This document shows, piece by piece, positions 1 through 13,200 of a stretch of 64,000 bases of DNA. Origin of the DNA: Mytilus edulis (Eukaryota); the NCBI RefSeq assembly GCF_963676685.1, contig NC_092350.1, positions 27,528,001-27,592,000 on the forward strand, in the 5' to 3' direction. The notes beneath the pieces are model-generated. The model was not told the DNA's origin and did no database searches. It saw only the letters and a list, made by a program, of their open reading frames with translations. The number at the start of each line of letters is the position of its first letter. Position 1 is the stretch's first letter. A program made the translations under genes and the position numbers.

Positions 1-80
1 TGATTCCCTATATAAGCAACCAATTTTTTCCCAAAAAGGGGGGGCGGGCCCCCTGCCCCCCCCCCCCCCTAAATCCTCTG
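1..80. mobile_element. Right half of the same MITE family (cut by window edge)
   Basis: tgattccctatataagcaacc...aaatcctctg matches 21487-21570. Confidence 0.8.
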
Positions 81-1287
81 CCTACCCCTACCTGTTTGAG
101 AACTTGAAAACCGTTGAGATCCCCACCCCTAAATTATATATATTCATATGTATGGGACAAAATAACAAATCATTTACATTTACTATGGGCAGGTCAGTCA
201 GACCTCACCTTTGATCCCTGTTGTAGTGAACATTTGTCTGATTCGTGTCTCATAACTTTTGTACTATAGAACACAAACTCAGTTTTCTTTCCAGGGAAAC
301 CAGTCCATTCATACTATTACATGTTCATACTAAGTTAACTTGAACTTCTAGCAGTCAAATAAAACCAAGGTTAACTACCAAGTAGAACGACTGCAATCAT
401 TAGGAACTTGTACCACTGCAGACTCACCATAAAAAAATATACATTGATATATGCATTGCTTTTGAAACATTGATAATATATAAATTATTTGCCTTAATAA
501 ATAAATCATTAGATAAACATGAATGTACTATATATGAATGTTTAATGTTGAGGCAACATTGCCACAGTTTTCGTAATTACGGTTGCCTTGGTTTTTGGTT
601 AACTGCCTTCAGCGCTTACAGCGCTTTGATTAGTATTTACAAACACTTTTAACCACTGTTATCTGGGTAAAAAAAAAAATACTAACAGCAATTAGTCGCT
701 CAAATTTCACAAATTGTCAAGTTTCTGTTTTATCCAAAAAAAAATCTTGAATTTAAAACTAAAAAATGTTACACTTTGTAAATTAAGATTTAACACCTAA
801 TCATTTTGAATTGTTTGTACAAATATTCTAAAAATTTTTTATAAAGTTTCTCATTGTAGTCAGAAAAAAACATTATGAGCTTATAGATTATACAGTTCAT
901 ATTTAGCTTAAGGTCACATGTTACATAGACACATGCTAAAATACCAGTATTTTCATTTGAAATTGTGAATTTTAATAGATTATTTTGAATGAAATGACAA
1001 CTATTTGATTGATATAGAAGTAATGATATATTAAGTGGTTATAACATCATGGGAAATCAGAGCTAGCAAATAAATTGATTTTTGTATTTGTAAAATGAAG
1101 TTACTAATAACTATCATAAATGTAAGAGTTTGTGATATATATTAGATATGCATCAAATCCAAATTTTATAGTAGCAATATAAGGAATTGAAAATGACAAA
1201 CGAGAGCAAAGAACTGCTATGTAGATCACTCACATATATTTATAAAAAAACCCATTTTAGATAGATTAATATTTTAAACCAAACTAT

Positions 1288-1682
1288 CATCAGACTCGGA
1301 CTTCTCTTGAACTGAATTTTAATGTGCGTATTGTTATTCTTTTACTTTTCTACATTGGCTAGAGGTATAGGGGGAGGGTTGAGATCTCATAAACATGTTT
1401 AACCCCGCCGCAATTTTGCGCCTGTCCCAAGTCAGGAGCCTCTGGCCTTTGTTAGTCTTGTATGATTTTAAATTTTAGTTTCTTGTGTATAATTCGGAGT
1501 TTAGTATGACGTCCATTATCACTGTACTATTATGCATATTTTAGGGGCCAGCTGAAGGACACCTACGGGTGCGGGAATTCTCGCTACATTGAAGACCCAT
1601 TGGTTGCCTTCGGCTGTTGTTTGCTCTATGGTCGGGTGGTTGTCGCTTTGACATATTCACCATTTCCTTTCTCAATTTTATC
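1288..1682 (+). mobile_element. 3'-end fragment of PLE family A
   Basis: Reverse complement of ~29136-29535 (atcagactcgga...ctcaattttat). Confidence 0.85.
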
Positions 1683-3959
1683 CTATGTCTTGATAGTGTT
1701 TATATGTATGAATAAGCCTATCAGGCAAGAATTAATATGTCTCTAAAGAAAACATTTTGTAATTGGGAATTGTTTGATGTTTATGTAGTTTTTTTTTTAC
1801 TATTGTATACTCCATGCATTTAGACATGACTTCTTTTTGTATAAATACTTGTTAGCTGGTGACCTTATAATTTTGATTCATGTAAGTTTAATCTCTAATT
1901 GAAGTATATCTCGCATCTCGTTTTAAGGAAAAATGTATTCACAAAAATTCTGAACTCCAAGGTAAATTCAAAGAGTGGAAACCAATGTACGGACAAAACT
2001 AAAAAAAAAAAAAAAAAATTCCTGCCTTGGTAAACAATTTTACTGTTAGGAGCTAGCTAAACAGCCTACTTGTATGATAGTTGAATATAGTTCTGTTACA
2101 GAACTTGATAATTGTCTTTAAATCTGTAATAATTTGCCAACCTTCCCTCTAAAACCAATTCGATGACATGCATGCAAGCCTGCTCCCTAGATCTAATCAA
2201 TTTAAAAAAAACTCATTTTGATTTACTATGAATAATGAATCATAATAATTCTAATATGTTTTATCTGAATGTTGATCTTTTAATTATAACATCAACTACA
2301 AAAAATGTATCCCTGTTCATAAATTGCATTATTTCAAAAGATTTAAAAAATACAAATGAAGGTAAATCATGATAACAAAAAATTCCATATCTATTGAGGA
2401 AATTGGTATATTTATTTTCGATTTTCTAAATGCATTCCTGTGTCCCTATTGACTTCAACCTCAATCAATCATAATAAAAAAAAACATCAAGTTCATCCAA
2501 CGTTATTACTGTAAATGAATAATGTAAATTAAGAAATTGTTTGAAGATTGGACAAAAATGCCAGATAAATTATTGCAATTGCAGAATAAGCTGCATATAG
2601 ATTTATGTATCGGATATTTGATTGACAGTTCTTATTTTCGCTATACTAAATTAGACACACAATTCGCTTTGGTTAAAACTTGGCTGAAATTTCTGAAATT
2701 ACAGTACCTCAATTTGAAGTTCTTCAAATTTTATTGTTTTGTAATTGATTATTTTGTAGTTAAGAGAAATAAAGGACACATTAAGGAATGCATCTCAATC
2801 ATATTGTGGTAAAGCTGGTCATTTTAAGCATCGATCATGATTAAAAAGTAGTCCTTACCTGATGAGATTTGCTCAATCTAAGGAAGGTTTAAACTTTAAA
2901 ACACTGCCAAGCTAAGGTTACAGAGGATATGGTTTTGGGAACAGCTGTTTTGATTTTAATTTTTGTTATTTTATTACTTTTGAAAAGATTATAAATATCA
3001 AAGTATTTATTGTAGTTGAGTTTGTTTTATACCATTTTAAGTGACTTGAAAAACCGAATTTACTGACTTTCTTTTTTTATGGCTGAAAAGGAGGACAAAA
3101 AATAGGAGCGATGTTTATTTTTTGTATTAGGCTTTATGTTTCAGAAATTAAAAGACTATATTTATACGTTCTTTACAGGTGCCTCTTGTACAGTTTCCAT
3201 CTGTTATCTCCTTTGTTCTTGACCTTATTGTCATCGACAGCGAGGGCTCATGAATATAGTTTTTGTCACACAAACTCTCACTTATTAGTAATAGGATACT
3301 TATATTTGCTATATGTTATTCTTTCACCTGACATAATTTCAATAATCAGTGATCATTGATAAAAGGTTTGTTTTCAAGTTGGTATCCCAGGTACTAAAAA
3401 GTAATCCTTTGACTTTACATTGTGTCTGGAATAATTGTAAATATTAAATTCAGAGGAGATGGTATGGTTGCTAAGGAGACAACTCCTAACCTGAGATTTA
3501 ATGACATAGAAATAAGCAAATATATTTTGGCATACAGCCCTCAACAATGAGCAAACTTCATACCACATAACAAGCTATAAAAGGTTAACAAATACAAAAC
3601 AGTTCAACTAGAAAACTAACAGTTATGTTCTAAACAAAATGATATATTACTGAGACTACTAAAGCTATGCATTATAAGCTGCTGACTTGCAACAGACACC
3701 ATTGTGACTTGACCGTTGATACTTTAAAATTCCAAAGATCTCTTAAAGAGCATACAATCTCAAGTTTCTTTTCGTTTACCAATACTATTAAAACATTGCA
3801 CTTTTCAATCCTTCACACAAGTATTCTCCATTCCAAACTTATATTATTATTCTTTAACTTCATGTTCTGCTACATAGATGATGTTCGCTCATTAAATATT
3901 TCAAAAGTTAGATAACTATTCCACCGAACACAAAAAAAAAGATGCAACAGATACAATTA

Positions 3960-4420
3960 AGACTGCCTCAATTCATGACTTGCATCTACATACTGACAAT
4001 GAAATTCGATTGAGAACACAGCTTTACAACAAAGAATGATTTCGGCTCCCATTTTGTGACATTTCCATTTCTATATACTAGCAACACTACAGCATATGCT
4101 GTATATATCTATTAGTTAATACGCCATTCTAGAGTTTGCATTTCCAATTATTATTTCCTTGATAGATGGCTGCTGCCCAAAAAGAAGTTTTTAAAACAAA
4201 GAATTTCTAGTGATGAAGTTGAAATCATTCTTATGAAATTTTTATGGACGCCATCGCGACAGTTTTGGGATATCTTTTTCCAAATGGTACTGGATATGTT
4301 CAAATTGCCGTGACCACAATCCAATCCCTTTTTCATCTAAATTAAATGAGACTAGTCACCGGGTTTGTATTGGCATCAGCAGCACGACAAAAGTACTGAA
4401 TACTGGCTACTGGATAGGAG
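3960..4420 (+). mobile_element. Highly degenerate PLE family B fragment
   Basis: Recognisable remnants: gacttgcatcta...tgacaatga, tttccttgatagatggctgctgc, tgaagttgaaatcattc...tttatggacgccatc. Confidence 0.65.
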
Positions 4421-7277
4421 ATACTCTTGGGAACAATTTTTTACTTTCAACTTTATTTAAAATTAAAATGATAATATTGCGAACCTGTCTGTCTGGCAAG
4501 GTTATCTGATCTTAACCGGATATAAATAGTTCATTTGAAAGCGTTGAAAAGTTTTCAAGGTAAGGGTTATTTCTCCGATACTTGAAGAAATATCTCAACT
4601 ATAATAATCGTAATGTCTCCATGTCCATCTTGTAGTATTCATCTGACCTGGACATCATTAACATGGATCTATATGAATCATTGACAATGTTAAGTATACA
4701 TAACGCTTGTAGTGAAACCTGTGTTCATCGTCTCAACACAAATTTGGAATAATTATGTAGGCATTTTCAGCATGTACCATGAGATTGCAGATTTAGATAA
4801 AAGATAGTTACTCAGTGCAAACATTTTCCTTTGATTAATTTTTGTCCTATTTGATTACCACTAAACTAAAGTCTTTCTATACAGGACTGTTAATGTTAAG
4901 TTTTAAGGTTCAACACATTGAAATAAGATTCCAACGAGGTTGTGTTTTAAATCAATCTAGTTCTGTTCAATCTCTGCATTTCCGTTTGCGTATACGAAGA
5001 CTTTTTATAAAAAGGAGATGCATGTTCCCTATCTTTATTTTTTGAGTATTCAATGATTTGAACAATAACCTTTGCATATTTGTCTACATTACAGTAAGTT
5101 TAAACCTGCTTTTAAACCATTTTTATCCCATCATATACTTGTGTCATGTTCAGTTCGAATATTTAGCAAATTTAATAAATGTACGAAAGTCTTACTTTTA
5201 TATAAGAAGAACCTTTTTGTTTTCATAGTGATAAAGATAATAACACAATGTTGACTGCTGTACCTTTTTTTTACATTTATAAATCCCTATTATGTCTGTA
5301 TGTTTTATCACACATCGTTTTCAATATAATATAACTGTATGCGACTTTCATATAAATAAAAGGATTAGAAAGCTATTAAAGCAGGTTAAATCCATCCTAC
5401 GTACATAAGAATATGCCTGTACAAAGACAGGAATAAGACAGTTGTAATCCATTAGTTTGATGAGTGTGAGCTTTTGATTTTGCCATTTGATAAGGAATTT
5501 TTTATTTTTAATTTTCCTCGGAGTTCAGTATTTTTGTGATTTAACTTTTTAATTAATCTTCCATTAGTTGTTACAATAGATTTCAAGAGCATTAATATAA
5601 TGAAAACTAAAATATCAAACACTTTCTTTTTCTTACGAATTACTTTATTTAAAGGCTATATGTCATCCTCTAATTGCACAGATTGTTTTTTTTTCGCAGA
5701 AAGACTCGATGCATACTATTTTAGAGACTGTAGTACAGTTTATTGGGCTGGTTTTGTAAGATTTATATGGCATTTTTTGCAGTTGTATCGGTAGCAAACC
5801 GTGGCTATTTCCCATAAAACAAATGCAGAAGTTGGATACCAACTTGGTCGGTATGGAGGTGATTTTTAAACTTAGAAAAACAAAAATGCTGTAATATGAC
5901 AATCATACAACATATTTATTCATTTAATCAACACAATGGTCGAAAACATTTACAAAAATGAGCAATGTAATGTATATCAGTTTGAAGGGACATTTTGTCC
6001 ATGGTATAACGGAAAAACTCATTGGAATTATAAGTTGATTTGACGCCATTTGAGTCCTATTCATATAAGAAAAAGATACCATTGGAACTTCATTTACATA
6101 GACTAGTTCCTCGCTCACTGTATAACCTAGAATAAGGCTATGATTTGATCAGTTAGACTCAGTCTGACGCTTTAAAAGAATTTTCAAATTTGTAAGTTAA
6201 ATAATGAAAAATCTGTATTTTGTATGAGAGTTAAACTAGGTAGAATAGTCTGTCTTTTCTGAATTAAAATATAATAGTTTGAAGGTCAAACGTATAATAA
6301 CCGTAACTTAATTCATAGTACTCACTATGTAGTTAACAAATGTCACAACTATTACCTCTTAAAAGTGAAACAGAAAAGAAATGTTATCAATCCCATGATT
6401 AAACTAGGTCAATTTACTATTTAACTTGGTTTAACCGTTTGTTGGTCTCATATGACGTCACTAATGTTGTTATAGCTTGGTTCCAATCCCGTTTGCTACT
6501 TTTGCAAATGAAATATGTTTTAACTAACCATCTATTTTATTAAGTAATACATAATACTAGTATTATGAACAGAACATCCAGGATCATGAAGGCAGCCTGA
6601 TTTAGATCAATACATCTTCCCAAAAAGATGAATATTAATGTTCATTAGAAACTTGAGAATCTACAATTTACTTTACAATTAAACACAAACTATCAAAAGT
6701 ATCCTACAGGGTAACTTTCCTTTTTGTTAAATTTTCGGAGTCGAATATATTTTAATGTTAAGTAAGCCACAAACATATTCACAAATATGCATTTTTTGGA
6801 TATGAATAAAAATTCTATTTGTTTTCTTTCTATTTGCTAATTTATATATAGGAGAACTGACAATGGACCAGAAGAATTCTAATGTTCATATGTGCATGGT
6901 ATTTTTCCAATTTTAATATTCCGGATTAAATTAGGTCAAAGGTTCATGAACCGCAAGGAAATGAAAGACAATTTGTTGTTCTAAAATACAAATGCAAAAC
7001 CTAACAAAACCTATACAGACACAGTAATTAAGATCACAGTTTGTTTTGTGTAAGGCTAAATGATCTGGGTTTTTTCTTTTAAAAAAATCATAGTAAAGAT
7101 CAGTAAACATCAAACAAAGCATACGATTGTGTAACATCTCACAAATGAACGTACATTTGTAGTCCATTTTCAAGAAATGTTATTCTCTCTCCACTTTAAA
7201 ATAATGCATATCTACATCATTTCCTGGTTATTTGTTGAATGCTTTACAATGATTTAACGCAATGAAATTACTGTTTC

Positions 7278-8300
7278 TCAAAACCAAATACATCCTATTA
7301 TATTTTTTAACATTTTCCTGAATTTTTTATCGACAAATACATATATAAATGGATTCGCCATGTGGTTCAAAATATAAAATCTTTCCACTATTTCCAAAAT
7401 AAATGCTTTCACAAAATATTGTTGAAGAATGTACCTCCCTAGCAACGCTTCTAAAATACTTAATGTCAAGATTGGCGAATAACTTAGCACAAACACTATA
7501 CTTATGATGCAGGATATTTTAGTTATTTTGCTTGAAATTATATGATTTGATCGAATGCCTAAAGTAATTCCATGTTCATTGTTTTGTTTGTTTTCTTTTT
7601 TCTGCATATTTATGAAATAGTTCCTGTATTTTATGTGAGAAAACACATGTACCCCAATCCTAGAATAACACAGAATTAAAAGCACAAAAAAGGTGAGAAA
7701 GAGAGCTCCCAAAATCACGCTGTAAACTCGTGTATAAACAGTTAATTCGAATTCGTCAGCAGACGTGCAATCAAAAGTAGTAAAGTTACTTGCCGAAGCC
7801 GAAATACGAACGCCATAAAAGAATAAGTTTGGCCACGCGAACACCATTGCAACACAACAATTAATTACTGCCATGTATTTAGCATTTTTTGTACACATTT
7901 GTCTACACAGGGGTCTACACGTTCGTAAATAGCGGTCAAGAGATATGGACATTAACATCAGTATCGAAGTACAAATAAACAGATAGTTCAAAGATCGAAA
8001 TAGTTTACATGCCACATCCGAATAAAAATTGTACTGGTATTCCAAGTCAAATATTTCAAAAGGTACTGTAACACCACAGACAAGTAAATCAAAAGCTGCC
8101 AGTCCTAATAACAGTATTCGGTGCGTCGATTGCTTTTTCTTCAAAAGGTATCCAAACAGTAAACAGTTACCTAGGCTTCCGGTTGACGAAAGCATTGCTA
8201 AATACGTTATGAGAATATGATTTCCTTCATTGATATGTTTTTCGTTCGGAATTGACTTCGAGATGTTAGTTAAATTTTTATCCTGTATAAAATCACACAT
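7278..8300 (-). CDS. Class A (rhodopsin-like) GPCR, peptide-receptor-like (CCK/orexin-receptor-like orphan), 340 aa, single coding exon
   Basis: Seven hydrophobic segments; TM1 GN (SLGNCLL), TM2 LAAFDLLVC..VPFE, TM3 C-K and SLDRY, TM4 W-P (FAWPN), ECL2 Cys (FDCT), TM6 FVLSYSP, TM7 NPFIY, helix 8 DKKFRK. Paralogous to the two other GPCRs here. Confidence 0.93.
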   Translation of the reverse strand: MCDFIQDKNLTNISKSIPNEKHINEGNHILITYLAMLSSTGSLGNCLLFGYLLKKKQSTHRILLLGLAAFDLLVCGVTVPFEIFDLEYQYNFYSDVACKLFRSLNYLFICTSILMLMSISLDRYLRTCRPLCRQMCTKNAKYMAVINCCVAMVFAWPNLFFYGVRISASASNFTTFDCTSADEFELTVYTRVYSVILGALFLTFFVLLILCYSRIGVHVFSHIKYRNYFINMQKKENKQNNEHGITLGIRSNHIISSKITKISCIISIVFVLSYSPILTLSILEALLGRYILQQYFVKAFILEIVERFYILNHMANPFIYVFVDKKFRKMLKNIIGCIWF

Positions 8301-8455
8301 ACTCCTTCATTTAGTCGTAAACTTAGTGTCAAATAAAATCATGCAGTTTGTCAGTATAATTAGTAAAATTGATAATCACACATACTCCTTCATTTAGTCG
8401 TAACTTAATGTCGAATAAAATCATGCAATTTGTCAGTATAATTAGTAAAATTGAT
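8291..8455. repeat. ~83-bp tandem duplication overlapping the GPCR start codon
   Basis: aatcacacatactccttcatttagtcgtaa...tagtaaaattgat at 8291-8373 and 8374-8455. Confidence 0.92.
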
Positions 8456-11299
8456 GATCGTTTTTGAAATATATATGAACTCATAATGTAGCTAGTCATC
8501 ATTAATTTGCCATATCCTCTATGCAATGTATCTTGCATTTAATCACGATGTAGCTATAGTCGTCATTAATTTTTCATATCCTCTATATTTTTATGAAGTT
8601 CAGCACTTTACAATAGAATAGTTTGAATGATTTCTAATATTACTATGCATAAATGCATAATTAGGTTAACTTTCAGGATTGTACATAAACTACCTAGCAA
8701 AGTAATATTATAAATCAATTGTGTTGGTTTATTTTATTTCAAACACATTTTATAAAGTTGAAAAGGAAGCAGGTTTCATAATACTGTTTTTGTTGTGTTA
8801 TTTACAATGATTTAGATTATATGTTTCCTTCTGTTACTATTTTATGTTGAGGTTTTTTGTTTTGCTTGATATCGAAAAGATTTGGTGAAAAGAAATAGCT
8901 TTCGCATTTGACCCTGTTGAACCGTACATTTTCTACTCTTTTCTATTTCTATATACTACTCCACAACCGTAAAATGAGACCTAAAAGTGATATATCCTTA
9001 AACGGAAGCAGCAAATTTCCTTTCAAACCTTTGATTTAACGATAGTAGTCAGTCGGAAACCAGGTTGAAATAGAACAAAAGAATCGAAGCTCTTTGTTAG
9101 AGAAGGCGATAAATGTTTACTGTATTGTTTACTATAGTGACAAAATTTTTAAAAGTTAATAGAAACAAACAAAATTGCAATTTTCTTCTCAAATACGAGG
9201 TGTTTTATTTTAAAAACACCATTTGCATAAGTTTTCAATTTATCTAGTACATAGTTAAGCAGAACAATTAGATATCAAGTCGACGACATGGGTATCTTTC
9301 AAGTTGGATGAAGAAAATGCATAACCTCCGATTTTTATGAAAAAATTACCACGGACGGAAAACATATCAATCTATTAGTTCAGTAATTTTCGTGTCTGCC
9401 CTTCCATAATGTGACTGAAGAAAAAATTCAAAAAATGGGTAACAATTGTATCGAAAAGAGAAAATCGAGTGCACCTTTTTATGTTAGGACGTGTTTGAGT
9501 TGAGTATTTTGTCTTGATATCGTACAAAGTAAGAATATTTCATACATCGTCTCGCTTCAGATTCTATCATTTTTATATATTAAAGCTACAGGTTGACTTT
9601 ATAACACAAGAAAATCACAGTTCTAAAAGATGAAATATATGGGTCAAGTGAAATACCTATCTAATGAGTCACAAAAACAGAGTTCGAATAGCTATTTTTT
9701 TTTACTGAAAGTACTTGACGACAGTCTTTCAAGTTGGATGATGAAAATCCATATCTTCGAAAAATTCTATTTTTTTGTGTGTGATTACTAGGGTTTATAG
9801 TCTTCTTACACTAAAAAAAATCTAGTCTGCCCTTCCACGAAATATTTAATTAGAATTTTTTAAAATGTTTATCAATTTTCGAAAATTCCACCTGACAACC
9901 GATCAGACAATAGTTTTAAGTTGAATCAATGCAGACAAGATTATTAACTGATGCTCATTAGCTAGTTGATACATTTGTCTTTTAAAATACAACTGACATA
10001 TAAGGATCGTAATGGTGCAATGTGGATAAATTTATCGGTTTCCAAGAGCAATATTGGTAGCGCGTCATCCCTACAATGGCTTCCATTTCTACGATTGTGA
10101 AAATGAACTGGCGTAATGGGGAGATAATTTTGACGAAGTAGACTCCTGACTGTAGTAATTTAGAGTAAACTGTAAGCGACTTCTTTTGATTTTGATATTC
10201 AATGATGGAGGGCCATTCAATTGTTCTCTGAAAAAAATATTTTTAATTTCTATTATTATTGTTTGCGATTTCAATGATTCTTTGCCATAATGTCACCATA
10301 ATGAGAGAAAATACAAAGAAAGTTGGGCATATTGAAGTATATGGTAAATCATTATAACATTAAAGGAGAACATAGGATGTTGTCCGGTCCCTACAATTGT
10401 AATAAAAATAAATCTATTCAAAACTATGTTATTTTATAGATAAATGAACAAGTTAATATAATCAGGATACTTAATTTCTTAAATTGCCTTTTTGCGTCAG
10501 TTTTTTTTAATCATATATTAGCAATAACTTCACACTTATCAAAATCATTGTAAAAAAACATTGTTATTGGAATACAAATGTATATCTTTCTTGGTATAGC
10601 TGTTGCAAATATGTTAAAATCTAAATGTCCAATTTTAGCAATTTTTGCAGTTCTGCATCACTGTACCTTAATAAGAAGTTTTGATGTCTTGTGAGTGCGA
10701 CATGATTGAATAATATAGATACTGATGTCTGACAATCTCATGCACATTTAAAGAATGGCATCTGGTAGATCATAATGCTTTATCATTTTAAATTCAAAAA
10801 GCAAAAAATGGGTAAAAGTCTAAAAGTAACTGTAGAAGTTGATTACACAAATTGTAACCTTGTTTTGCACATCTTGCTGGAAAACAAATAAGTTCAAAAG
10901 TACAGAAAAATATTAAAAATTTCTTCAAACGATTCTATGTGCACAATTTTAACATTTTAATTTACAAATCTTCGATGTAAACTGTATGAGATGTTAAAAC
11001 GTCTACCTTCTTTCATACATCTTACGGAAATATATTACAAGATCTTATAACATAGCAGGTGCACAACTTCAACATATATTCAATTCGCTCGTGTGAAGTT
11101 TCAAGTTTCTGGTTTGTTACTTTAGGAGCATTTTGTTACACAAAATGTGTACCCGCTTTCATGATTTTTGCTGAAAAAGTAAGTTCTCAAATCTGCAAAA
11201 ATGAAAAATCAATTGCTCAAACAATTTCTTAATAGCCGGTGCACAACTGCAAAATAATATCTTTAAAGGGAATGGTTTAAAACTATAGGTGTTGATATT

Positions 11300-11990
11300 T
11301 AACCGTATTTGGCACTTTTTTTAATTCTAGGTCCTCAATGCTCTTCAACTTTGTATTTGTTTTGGCTTTCTAACTATTTTTATGAATTATTCAAATAATA
11401 AGGATGTTCTTATCCCAGGCAGAAAACCCTAGCTGTATTGGGCACAACTCTTTGGAACTTTGTGTCCTCAACTTTGTACTTTGTACGCGTCTGGCGTATT
11501 AAATTTTAAACCTGGTACCTTTTGTTAGCTATAATTCGTGTGTTTCTCTGTCCTATATGTTCTCCCATTTATTTGTATTGTAGTCCTATCATGAAATGTT
11601 GTCATTTCAATGTTATATTTAACATTGCAATAAAAGCGGGCGGTTTGGCATGCCAAAAAACTAGGTTCAAAACACCTTTTTTTGTTTTTATTAAAATGTC
11701 TTGTACCAAGTCAGTAAAATGGCCATTGTTTTATTATGGTTCGTTTTTCTGTGTGTTACATTTTAATGTTGTCTTTCTGTTGTGTCGTAGTTCTCCTCTT
11801 ATATTTGATTTGTTTTCCTCAGTTTTAGTTTGAAACCCGGATTTGTTTTTTTCTCGATCGATTTATAAATTTTAAACAGCGGTATACTACTGTTGCCTTT
11901 ATTAATCTGAGCGTCACTGAGTCTTATTTAGACGAAACGAGCATATATCGTATCAAACTATTAGCCTGGTACCTTTGATAACTATTGATA
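11300..11990 (+). mobile_element. Nested retrozyme-like units with decayed hammerheads and an inserted composite repeat
   Basis: Unit 1 stops at ggctttctaactatttt (~11380) and resumes at tctgagcgtcactgagtcttatttagacgaaacg (11906-11939). The intervening 11382-11903 holds a second partial unit (cgcgtctggcgtatt...ggtacctt) plus another repeat body. Confidence 0.68.
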
Positions 11991-12639
11991 ACCACTACAT
12001 TTCGCACGCTTGCCTGTCCACCAGCTCCACAGAACAATACTATAATTCGACCAAAAATGCCTTCATCATACTTTATGTTTATTTAATACCTAATCTTGCA
12101 TTTGATATTTATCTTAATCTGCCTTGTATATTTCTATTCAGTTTTTTTATCATTTAAAGGTCCGTTAATGAAGAAACGCTATTTAAATTTTTGGTCTGCA
12201 AAGGTGTTTTTTTCTCGGATTAATCTTCAAGTGGAACGCTCAAGCTAGAATTGCTATACATCTCATGTATTTGTAAAGTGCTCATCTGCAACAATTCAAA
12301 TATACAAACATTACTTAATTTTAGGTATTTACAGATAGTTTTAACCAATTCAAACTAGAATTGTGGGCGAAAATGAAAAAAATGGTAACTACTGTTCAAC
12401 CCACACAGGTTCCGCATATTGTCATATCAAAGGAAAGTCGTGTTAAACAGAAGTGAAAATGTCTGTACCAAGTCAGGAATATGACAGTTGTTGTCCATTC
12501 GTTTGATGTGTTTTATCCTTTTATTTTGCCATTTGATTAGGGACTTTCCGTTCTGAATTTTCCTCGGAGTTCAGTATTTTGGGGATTTTACTTTTTATCT
12601 CAATTTAAACTGATACTTATTTTTTTCTTACAACTTTTT

Positions 12640-13200
12640 TATTCGAGCACCATCCAGAAACGCCTGCATACGGAGTATATATCTCCCAATTAATACAATA
12701 TTCCCACGCTTGCATGTTCTATCATGATTTCCTTGATAGAGGCTTACTACTCACAGGGAAGCTATTAAACCAAGAGTTCCAAAAGGTGAAGTTGAAACCA
12801 TCCCTTCGTAAATTTTACGGACGCCATCACCAGTTGGTTGACCGATATGGAATATCCGTTTCACATATGATATCGGATATGTTTCTTATGTTGCAACTAC
12901 AATCCCTTCCCTTTTCATGAATGTGACCTACCGAATTAGACTATTTACCGGGTTTGTTATAACATGAGCAACACGACGGGTGCCACATGTGGAGCAGAAT
13001 CTGCTTACTCTTCCGGAGCACATGAGATTACCCCAAGTTTTTGGTAGAGTTCGTGTTGCTCAGCCTTTAGTTTTCTATGTTGTTTATGTGAACTTTTATT
13101 TGTCTGCTTGTCTTTTTCATTTTTAGCCATGGCCTTGTCAGTTTATTTTCGATAAATGAGTTTGACTGTTCCTCTGGTATCTTTCGCCCCTCTTTTATAA
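12640..13200 (+). mobile_element. Penelope-like RT 3' fragment (family B) with 3' region
   Basis: AYGVYISQLI...FLDRGLLLTGKLLNQEFQ...LRKFYGRHH; downstream region homologous to 37431-37700 (-) and 43158-43365. Confidence 0.85.

Noticed and set aside
12915-12970. SECIS element in the PLE family B 3' region
   Set aside because: ATGA...AA present, but no properly positioned GA quartet partner or clean helix II by eye; SECISearch would be decisive.
12978-13061. HDV-like ribozyme reading of the structured tail
   Set aside because: A P1-like pairing exists, but P2/P3/L3 order and the J4/2 catalytic C-R-A are not satisfied.
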